Below, one piece after another: positions 49,620 through 60,902 of a stretch of 64,000 nt of DNA. This DNA is from Octopus bimaculoides (lineage: Eukaryota). The position numbers were made by a program, and so were the translations under genes. The notes beneath the pieces are model-generated. The model was not told the origin of the DNA. It did not search any database and worked only from the letters and a program-made list of their open reading frames with translations. How positions within the stretch are numbered: position 1 is the first letter of the stretch; each line of letters begins with the position of its first letter. The DNA lies in NCBI RefSeq assembly GCF_001194135.2, contig NC_068982.1, positions 110,425,669-110,489,668 of the forward strand, in the 5' to 3' direction.

Positions 49620-49805
49620 GAAGGCAGCAAGCTGGCAGAATCATTTGCATGCTGAGCAAAATTCTTAGCAGCATTTCACTCATCTCTATGTTCTGAGTTC
49701 AAATTCTGCTGAGGTTGACTTTGCCTTTCATCCTTTCTGAGTTGATATAATCGACTAGCCTCCATCTCTTAATTTTCAGGCCATGTGCTTTTAGTAGAAA
49801 GGATT
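49620..49805 (+). mobile_element. SINE family C copy
   Basis: gcaagctggcagaatc...gagttcaaattctgctgaggttgactttgcctttcatcc. Confidence 0.8.
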
Positions 49806-50283
49806 ATTTTATGAGTTGTTCAATCAAAGAAGCTCACCTGTCCAAGAACTACTGAAATCTTTCCTTCCATATTTATCAGTCTATTAAACTGAAGCAGCCT
49901 CAGATAACCACTGCATTAACAAACCAACGTATCCAGATGAATGTAACAGCAGTTTTTAATTTAAAGATGAAAGAAAGAGAACTAGCATTGGTATTTGGTG
50001 AATTTATATATGAATTGTGGGAGAAAGAGTATTCTCCTAAACACTAACCACTCAACTGCAAAGTGAATTTGCACACCCCAAAATTTATGTGCTGGACAGA
50101 AGTTTTTAACTCAAATTCCTTTTCTTCATCAGTATTAGATGTTTCAGCAATGACAGACAAAACTCAGAAATGAAAGATTCCAACATAAAGATTCACTAAC
50201 AATGATATAAGGATTAAGGTAAAAGAAGCAGTTTTAAAAAATACTTCATAAAGAAGAATTGAGATTGAGAAGTTAATTTATAT

Positions 50284-50449
50284 AGGCGCAGGAGTGGCTG
50301 TGTGGTAAGTAGCTTGCTTACCAACCGCATGGTTCAGGGTTCATTCCCACTGCGTGGTACCTTGGGCAAGTGTCTTCTACTATAGCCTCGGGCTGACCAA
50401 AGCCTTGTGAGTGGATTTGGTAGACGGAAACTGAAAGAAGCCCGTCGTA

Positions 50450-50500
<51 letters not shown>

Positions 50501-50680
50501 CTGTGTTTGTCCCCCAACATCACTTGACAACCGATGCTGGTGTGTTTACGTCCCCGTAACTTAGCGGTTCGGCAAAAAAGACTGATAGAATAAGTCGTGG
50601 AGTCGATCTGCTCGACTAAAGGTGGTGCTCCAGCATGGCCACAATCAAATGACTGAAACAAGTAAAAGAAAGTAAAAGAA
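50284..50680 (+). mobile_element. SINE family A copy with a small internal deletion
   Basis: aggcgcaggagtggctgtgtgg...agtaaaagaaagtaaaagaa. Confidence 0.92.
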
Positions 50681-51218
50681 TATCTTTTCAAAAAGTTTCA
50701 TGAAAAAAAAAAAGTAAAGATGTCAATTTCCATATTATACACATCACTTGCCTCTGGAACAGTAACCTAGAATTCCTGTCCAAGTATTGGCCTACAGAAG
50801 TGCAAATTGGACACCAACAGTAACCATCTCACCAGTGAAATATGGGGAGGCAACCAATGTAAAAGTACTGACCCTGCTTCTCAACTAATTAAATAAATGT
50901 AAAAACAAATTAATGATTTGCTTCTTTGGTGAGATGAAATACTTAGATTTCTTACAATAAAGATTAAGAAGTAAATAATTAATAGCAATTTTAATGATAG
51001 TCCAAATATCTGAAAACACAATGTCTATTTTAGCATGATTCCAGATCAAATATTCTGTCATATACACACACACACACTATACATAATATATGTACGCGTG
51101 TGTGTCAGTTCAGGCTTATTTACAATGATTATCTTTCAGGATTTAGTGCACAGTGGGAACAGCATATAGGAGTTTTTAAATACCTGGTATTAATTTAAGC
51201 TCCCTACTCATATCCATA

Positions 51219-51224
51219 TTTATT
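51219..51224 (-). terminator. Candidate DDX10 polyadenylation signal AATAAA
   Basis: TTTATT on the + strand about 70 nt past the DDX10 stop. Confidence 0.4.
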
Positions 51225-51290
51225 TTCCCAGAATTAAGTCTGAACTATTCAATAAGAGATAATATTTTAATTCTGATTTACTTATAACAG

Positions 51291-51438
51291 CTAACTTTGA
51301 TGCATTAGCTTCAGAACAAGGTCCTCTGTGTCTTCAATATTCAATCCATCTTGGTTATAATTACCAGAGTTATCACTGTCTTTTGAAGGTGCTATATTTT
51401 TTCGTTTGCGTTTCAAAGGAGGAGGAGAAGGACTAGAG
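51291..51438 (-). CDS. DDX10: DDX10 terminal exon (SSPSPPPLKRKRK...LNIEDTEDLVLKLMHQS*)
   Basis: Poly-T gcag acceptor, TAG stop; matches human LSLAEDEELVLHLLRSQS. Confidence 0.9.
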
Positions 51439-54400
51439 CTGCAAAAAAAAAAAAAAAAAAGTATTAAAACATTTAAAAAAGCTAAAAACAGAAAACATCA
51501 ATGTCTTAATAAACATCCTGAGTAACCATGATCATTCAAAGATATCTAATGAGTAATTAAACACTAGTCCTCCAGACTACTCAATTTTCTCAGAATAAAA
51601 ATGCAATGTTTCTTCTATTGCACAGGCAAAAGAAGGAATTATAAAGCAAATAATCAAATGTACTTCCTTTTCACTATGTACAATGTTTCATTCAAGTTGG
51701 AGTCTGAACTGTAAAGGTATAAGAGAGAACTAAAGACCCACTTGATTTCTAATCATGTCTTATGTATTGTAAGACTAAGTAAAGTTAAAATAGCATTTCT
51801 AGGGCTAAAGCAAGAGTGCAGTAGAGTAATGGAGATTCTTTAAGAATCAAGGATTATGATAAATTCTGAACTCTTAAATGATGCATGGATATTATGCAAA
51901 TTAATCATCATATTGAAAAAAAAAAAATTCAGATTAATTAGATAATAAAAATCTATAAAAGTTGTTGAAACAATTAAATAAATAGGTTTCAGGAGATAAT
52001 TCTTTAATGATAGCATAAACTAACTTAATAGTGACCCGCATAGCAGGTTTAAGATTGGGAATTAGTGGCAGTGCTACATACCAAATACTGTTGTCATCAG
52101 ATTCATTAGAAACTTCATCTTCAGAATAATTTCCATCAGTGTCATTTTCAGGTTCACCAGAATCAGAATAATCGTGAGATTCTTCATCACTGCCAGTCCG
52201 CAGAACAACTGTACGTTGATTCTTCTAATAAGATTCAAGACAAAAATATAAATTAAATTTAGAGAATAGTAATTTAGAGGTCTAATATTTTTTTTATATA
52301 TGTTATGGTCTCATTTTGTTCTAGGCATGTAACGGCAATACATTGAAATCAGTGCATGCAGTAAAAAAGAATTCCTCAAACATCTGATGCTTATATGCCA
52401 GTTATACCTAGCCAAAGATAAACCTCTGTACCTGGCTTTCGTTGACATGGAGAAAGCCTTTGACAGGGTCCCCCGATCCCTTATCTGGTGGTCAATGAGG
52501 AAACTAGGGATAGATGAATGGTTAGTGAGAGCTGTGTGAGCCATGTACAGGGATGCTGTCAGTAAGGTGAGGGTTGGCAACAAGTACAGTGAAGAATTCC
52601 GGGTAGAGGTAGGGGTCCACCAAGGTTCAGTCCTCAGCCCCCTCCTATTTATCATAGTCCTCCAGGCAATAACAGAGGAATTCAAGACAGGATGCCCCTG
52701 GGAGCTCCTCTATGCTGATGACCTTGCTCTAATTGCTGAGTCACTATCAGAACTAGAGGAGAAGTTTCAGGTGTGGAAGCAAGGATTAGAATCAAAGGGC
52801 CTTAGAGTTAACCTAGCTAAAACCAAAGTCCTAATAAGTAGGAAGGTAGACAAACCACAGACCCCTTCAAGTAGATGGCCCTGCTCGATTTGTAGAAAAG
52901 GCCTAGGTAGAAACTCTATAAGATGTACTCAGTGTAAGATATGGACACATAAGAGGTGCAGCAATATCAAAGGAAGGCTAACTAGGAAGATAGTTTTTGT
53001 ATGTGGCAGATGCTCAGGAGCAATAAACACTGAAAATGTGCAGAGAACAACTTCTGCCATATTCCAGGGAGAAAAACTAGAAGTAGTTGATAGCTTCTGT
53101 TACCTAGGTGACCAAGTTAGTAGCAGGGGTGGGGGCTCTGAATGTGTAGCTGCTAGAATAAGAATAGCCCGGGCAAAGTCCAGAGAGCTCTTACCTCTGC
53201 TGGTGACAAAGGGCCTCTCGCTCAGAGTAAAAGGCAGACTGTATGATGCATGTGTATGAACAGCCATGATACATGGCAGTGAAATATGGGCTGTGACTGC
53301 TGAAGACATGCGTAAGCTTGCAAGGAATGAAGCCAGTATGCTCCGATGGATGCGTAATGTCAGTGTGCATAGTTGACAGAGTGTAAGTACCTTGAGAGAA
53401 AAGTTGGACCTAAGAAGCATCAGTTGTGGTGTGCAAGAGAGACAATTGCGCTGGTATGGTGATTTGGTGAGAATGGATGAGGATAGCTGTGTGAAAAAGT
53501 GCCACAGCCTAGCGAAAGAGGTAGACCCAGGAAGACCGGGGATGAGGTGGCGAAGCACGACCTTTGAACATTAGGCTTCACCGAGGCAATGACTAGTGAC
53601 CGAGACCTTTGGAAATATGCTGTGCGTGAGAAGACCCAGCATGATAAGTGAGACCATAACCCGTGGCCTTTACCAGGGGTGTAGCCAGCCCACTTATGCG
53701 TACCTTTCCTTCTTTGGACACAAAACCCTGCTTGCGAAGACCTGTTGAGGCAAGTGAGATCGAAATCGAGCCAAATTCGACTGGCACCCATGCCAGAGAC
53801 CAAACAGAGGAATGTAATGTAGATGTAAATATCAAACCTATTTCCATCTCTAAAGATAAAGTTAATTATTTGAAAAATTATAATAATTTTTACATTAAAT
53901 TTTTCCATGATTGCATTGGGGTATGGTTTATTTTGATCAATTAATTTTATAGTTAGATGCCCTTCATTCTACCAATCTTAACTGGGAATCAGAGTGAGAC
54001 TGTTTCTTGTTTAGTTAGCAAATTTAGAGCAAACAGAGTTACCTATCTTACTCAAGTGTACAATATAGACAATAATAAGATCTGGAAGCTCATGGTCAAC
54101 ATTCCAATATCTTAAACTGATAACCATCTTGTATAACAAAAAATCTGAGTAATTCTTAATTGCAGATACGGATCATGCTAGTCCATTAATTAGGTAAATA
54201 TATAGGGGATAATTAAATTTAAAAACTAAATTAAATAGATTAAAAAAAAAAAAAAAAAAAGAAACAAAATGGTTAAATCACAAGTTACCATTTTCTTCTG
54301 ACGCAGCATTTCTTTTCTTTTTAATCGGATTTCCTAAAAGACACAAAGTAAAATGTAAATTATAACAGGTATTAAAAGATATATATTTATGAAGAAAGTG

Positions 54401-57400
54401 AAGTGAAAGGAGATAAAACCTGAAAGTCATGCATTTAAAAAAATACTATTCTGAGCCCTAAACTAGAAAAGGTGAGAAAGGATTTTTAAGAGAACATATT
54501 TGATACACAAACAGAAGTTAGTGGTTCTTATTGCATTGATGAAAAAATAAATGTCTAGGATTTAACAAACTACAAGAAAATATTTAATAATAATGGTTTT
54601 AGGTTTTGACATAAGCCAGCAATTTTGGAGGAGGGGGTTTAGCTAATATCATTGACTTCATTACTTCACTGATACTTTATTTTATCAATGTCAGTGTGCA
54701 TATATGACAGATTGTAAGCATCCTGAGAGAAAAATTGAGTATAAGAAGCATCAGATGTGTGCAAGAGAGAAGATTGCACTGGTTTGGTTATGTGATGCAG
54801 ATGGACAAGAATAGCTACGTAAAGAAGTGCCGTTCTCTGACTGTAGAGGTAACCTGTGGAAGAGGTAGACCAAGGACATGGGATGAGGTGGTCAAGTATG
54901 ATTTTTGGATGTTGAATCTAGTGGAGGTGATAACAAGTGACTGAGACCTTTGGTGATTTGTTGTGCTTGAGAAACATGTCAAGCCAAGTAAAATTGTAGT
55001 TGTGGCCAGTGCTGGTGACATGTAAAAGGCACCAACTACACTATGGAGTGGTTGGTATTAGGAAGGACACCTAGCAGTAGATGTCCTTCCTAACAGTAGA
55101 AACCAGGCCAAAACAGACTGGAGCTTGGTGCAGCTCCCAGTCAAACCACCTAACCCATGCCAGCATGGTATGGGTTAGACGCTAAATGATGATGAATCTT
55201 GAAAGGATGAGAGGCAAAGCTAACCTTGATGGAATTTGAATTTATAAATACTGCTAAGCATTTTGTCTAACTCACTAATGATTCTGCCAGCTTGCTCTCT
55301 TAACAATAATAATGATGATGATGATGATTTCTTCTATTTGCCATCAAGAGGTACAAGATTAAAACTTTAGGGAAGGAGTATAGTAAACCAAATTGATACC
55401 AGTTCTTACAGGAGGCATTTTGTCTAGTATTCTAAATTCTACCATTGCAGGACCAGGGCAATAGTTATCATTGACTGATTAACTGTGGAATAAAAATACA
55501 ATCTGCAGTCAGGTCAGATTGGGGTACAAAGAGTTATGTACCTTAACTTAAAGAGGCAACAGTATAGAGCTCATGGTCATGATACAGCACCAGTTCACCT
55601 GCACACTGTATACAATAAGTTCATTAATATTATCATTATTATTTAACTTCACAGTTAAGTATACCCACAAAGTATTACTCATAAGTCTAGAATGGTACAT
55701 CTGCAACATACACAAACATTTCAGACTGCATCTAATTCAAAAACAGGCCATTTGACTGAATGATAAACATTCCTTAGATAACACCCTACAGCTCCTAGTA
55801 TATAAGCTAACATGGAACCCAATTATATGTGGTCATTTAATCTGCTAAAAATAGTAGCCAAACATCCTAAAATCATACCCTACAACCCTAAAAAAAAAAG
55901 GGGACATATATTGGGTAATGTAGTCCTAGATACACTGTGGTTGAAAAAAAAGATGAAATGGTCAAAGCTGGAATGTTATTGATCATAGGGATGCTGGATC
56001 AGGGTCAGCCTGGAGCAAAAAACAACTAATACTAACATTCTGATACTTTGTATCCACTCTTGTCTTAACAATAACAACAACAATGATGGCTCCTGCTTCT
56101 CCAGACTAGTAAACTGTGTACAACTTCTGAAAAAAAAATCCCACATAATGCCCCAGTCTCTTCTCTTATGATACTGTGCATCATCACCCCATCACCCCAC
56201 AAAACATTTTGCTCAATTCTTTCTCTCCAGGACTTTAAATTAATGGAATTTTCTCCCTTCTCACTTTTAATCAAAACGCAGACATTTTAGCTGAACATCA
56301 ACCACATTGATGTCACCAATCCAAGAGAACCTACAAATGGCTATTATGTGCTTCCTTTTCCTTAAAGTCAATAATAATTGGTAAAAACAAACAATTTATT
56401 CCAAAAATTCATATGCAAAAGATTAAATCAGAAATATTCTGCTCATAAAATACAGCTGACTGAACACACCATTTGGTCCTTGAGTGTCTTTAGCAGAGAA
56501 TAATTTGTTGCAAGTATTTAAACCAGAAACACAAACTTATTCCTTTCCTAATGCATATTTTTCTTGCCAACATTGATTTGCAGATATTCAGGCTGGACAT
56601 CAGCAACATCAATACATCAATTTTTCAACTTGAGGAAGAGTTTAAAGGTTATGGTCACTGCTCTACCCACCCATAACTAACTTGTAAAAAGGAGAAAAAA
56701 TACTAATCAACAAGACTGGATATAAAAACAACTTGCAAATTGGAAGAATATTTAGAAAATATTGTTCAACCCATGACAGCATAGAGAACATGTTAAATAA
56801 TGATGATGTCTGTTACTTACTTTGTGTCTTGCATTTACTTTGTCATGGAAAATTTTCTTATCAACTTTATCTTCAGCCTCCATGTACATTTTGGCTTCTT
56901 CAATACTTATTCCACAAACATCTAACTGACCGATTTCTCTATTTGAAGTTTGGGCATGTTTATACATATCTTTAACAACCTGAAATTATATGAACAGAAC
57001 AAACAAATGGAGCTTTCCTATATATATNNNNNNNNNNGAACACACTGAAATAAATATTTAAGCATTTAAGCATGGAAATTTGAAATACGGTGGAAGAGTG
57101 GAGACAAATCAATGTACCAGAAGGGGAACATAGAAACAATTAAAATATTAGTTAGTGACAGGAGGTTGTAAAATCCAAATGTAAGGAGAAATATGTAAGA
57201 TTGGAAATAGGTAGAAAAATCAATAACTAACGATACACAAAAGATGTATTTGGACCTCAAAAAGACAAATTGGCTGTTGAGGTTAAACTAATGATGGTAT
57301 AACATCAAAGGTATCACATGAAATGAAGAAGCTTAAGGGTATTATCATTAGTGATTCTCTCTATGAAGAGATTACGAAACAAGGTTTGTGTTAGAAGGCT

Positions 57401-60400
57401 GATACTTCATGGTGCAGAGAAATTGAAGATCTTCAATAACTAGAGAAAAGGAGCTTAGTTTTGTCTATTGGGTATAAAGTATAACCATAAGGTACTGAGT
57501 ACAAGTAAATCAGGAAAGTATTTGAATATGAGGGTGTTTGTTGATATATGTAGAAGAGATATCTGCATTAGTATGGACATATGATACAAGTAAGAGGTGT
57601 TGTGTGGTGGCAGGAGAGGACAATGGAGGAGATGATGCAAGAGTGAGATGTTGAAAAATGCTGTAGTATATATCTGTGTAATGTATATTGCCAAAGAAAA
57701 ATGGATATTGACTACAATGGTATGCATTTGTATATTTAAGCATACAGGTATGTATGTGTCTACAAACATGAATATATGTTTATTGCAGATTTTGAAAATA
57801 TTTTAACAGTCAATCTATCTCTGGACTGAAATTTATTCAGAGGTAAAACATAACAAAGGCTTCAACTTTATACTAACCTCTCCATCATCATCAAATTTAA
57901 TCTTTGTGTTTAACTCAATGTTTTTCCTTAAAGCACGTTTTGCAATAGAAACTTTACTCAAAACTTTCTTTTTGTTTTTGGTAACTGTTTTACTGTTGTC
58001 AACCTGAAAAAGAAGAGATAAAATATTTTACATGATTCATTCTAATATCTGATCTGTAAAACTGGAGAAATGTTATGAATCAAACTGGCATCAATAAAGT
58101 GAATATGAGAGAGGTGAATTGACTTCAGTAATCAATAACAATTAAGAACGGGTCGTAGGTGAATATAATAACGATTGTAGTTAGAGTATTCATATCCAGT
58201 AATACCAGAATAGTCATTAACCTCAGACCAATCCTAATTGAAAAGATCTATGATCAGAGGCGTTCCTACTTTGACTGTTACATCTTATTTCAGGTATTGT
58301 GTACTCCAGACTACATTATCTGATGAATATTTTATTAAGATTGTATGGTGTGCATGTACGGAGTCTGTTATTTCTGTTTAGAATACTGTTATTTAGGTGT
58401 TATTTCTAGTAGATCAATGACCACATAGAATCTCCCTTGTTGGCATGTGAAGCTCCCAAGCTGTAAATGGTACACAGATATGAACACCAATCTAAGTAGA
58501 CATTGCAGAAAAGAGGAGAAGAGATGAGGTAAGATCTTGGTTAATTCAATACAAAAGCTAAGAATTAAAAATTATAGATTACTGGAAGTAGTAGTTAAAT
58601 TAATATATAGCAATCAAAGAACTTATGATAAAGTAATGCCAACATTTTACATTTGGATGTAATTTCAATGGTTTTAATGGCTAAGTCAGTGTCTATGATA
58701 TTTACAGGCTATCTTTGGTTTGTGAGATTGATATCGCTGGAGTTAGCAAGTGGTTCATGCATGACCTTGAGATAAGACAATGAATGCAATGGATATAGGC
58801 TGTGTAGAACTTAGTTGGCTTAGAGGAGAAGCTGCTGTAAAAAGCAGAATGAGGAGACAGTATGTCTATAGGCCAGAAGTTGTTAGTGTTGCTAGTAAGT
58901 CTGCAAATCAATCAGACTGCTATCTTTCGGATGGGCAGCTTGTATGTCTGGCAGAGCAGTACCATTGAGATGTAGCACTACTCCAGTGTAGGATTTAATT
59001 GAACATTAATAGAGAATTAGTGACAGATCAGAGCTGAATTATTTTCTGGCCCTGAAAAGAAGGTTAGTCTTTGGAATGCAATTTTAGCTGTATTATATAT
59101 AAAAAAAAAATTATAGTAAGGCCTACATGTAATATGACATAGAGAGTTTAAACTGTATTGTCCCAACATAGAGAGGAAGAAGTATAAGACTGTCTCCAGA
59201 AAAAAAAAGTTAATATTTTATGATTAAAAAAACATTAAGAGTAAAGTAGCAAAAGACGACAGGCAACAAGCAATATACAAAATGTTTGAAGTGTAATTAT
59301 ATTTAAGATAGATTGAAGGAGAGAGAGAAAATATTGTGATAAAATTAAAATATATGAATTGAATGAAAACATGCTTTATGTTGATGATTTATAGATATGA
59401 CCTTACAAGTTGATAGTTTAGAAATACAGGCATAACCTTCATAACAGCTCATGGCAAAAAGCCTTTTATCATCGAAATTAAAAGAATGGATAAATAAATA
59501 ACTCTACCTCCTTGGTTACATTTTCAACTGGCTCAGCAGGAATTCTTCTTTTAAAGGTCAGAAGGTCATCCTCATCATCATCACAACCAAACTGTACAGA
59601 AAATTTCTCCTTATCACAGTTAGAATTGCCTTCAACACTAGACCCAGATGCTTCATTCTCAGAATCACTACTTGAACCACTTCTGGTTGATATGTGATGT
59701 TTTGGCTGAGGTTTGACCTGTTTTTTGTGCTTTTCTTGCTCACTTTCAGAGTCAGATTCATCTGATTCAGTAGACTGCATGTCATCACTCTCCTCACCGT
59801 TGGAAGCAGCTTTCTTGACAGAATTATCAGCTTCTTTTTTTAAGCGTTGTTTCTCTTCTTTTTCCAAAAACCGTACACGTGGAATTACTTCTAAGCCTAG
59901 AGAGCTACAAAATAAATTAATAGATGAGAGACTAAAGTAAGACACCTGACTGTAAAATACTTATCTAAACAGTGTCAGTATGAGAGATTACAAGGATGAA
60001 TGATGAGTCATTGACTTATAAATATTTATAATTCAGTCCCTCCCTCCAAAATTTTGGGCCTTGTGCCTAAAATAGAAAAGAATATTTTAGAAGGCGGCGA
60101 GCTGGCAGAAACGTTAGCATGCTGGGTGGTGAAATACTTAGTGGTATTTTGTCTGCCTTTATGTTCTGAGTTCAAATTCCGCTGGGGTCGACTTTGTCTT
60201 TCATCCTTTTAGGGTCGATAAATTAAGTACCAGTTGCATACTGGGATGGAGGGGGGTTATCTAATTGACTGATCCCATCCCCCAAAATTTCAGGCCTTGT
60301 GCCTAGAGTAGAAAAGAATATTAATAATCCAGTGTTCATTATATAAATTTCTTAATAATTACAACTAATTAAGAAAACTAAATTATGCATATTTTATAGA

Positions 60401-60864
60401 TGACTTTATTTGTTGATTATACATACCAGGAAAAGTTTCCAAGATCCAGATTTTTCACATCAAAAATACTTTTGTTTGACATCAAAAATACTGAACGAAT
60501 ATATGAAATAAAGGCCTGCAATCAGAAAAAAGATTAGGAAAGGACCTTTAAAAAATTGAATACAAGGCTGGTGACTAAGAAAGCGTCTGTAGCAACTAAG
60601 TCCAATAAATACATCACTGTTTATTTTAATGTAATAAAATGGCCAGGTGATGAAATGACATGTGATGTATTTACTGTGATGCAATACACTGTAAAGCAAA
60701 TCATTATTGGTAAATTCATTGACATGTTTTTATCTGCAGAGTAAATATAGTGCAAAACATTAGAGCTTTTATTCAGTGTAAATACATCATTTTTTTTAAC
60801 AATAAAAAAGAAATTCAAAGATAAAAATAAAATCTATATTAAATTTACTGAATCTCTCTCTCTC

Positions 60865-60902
<38 letters not shown>

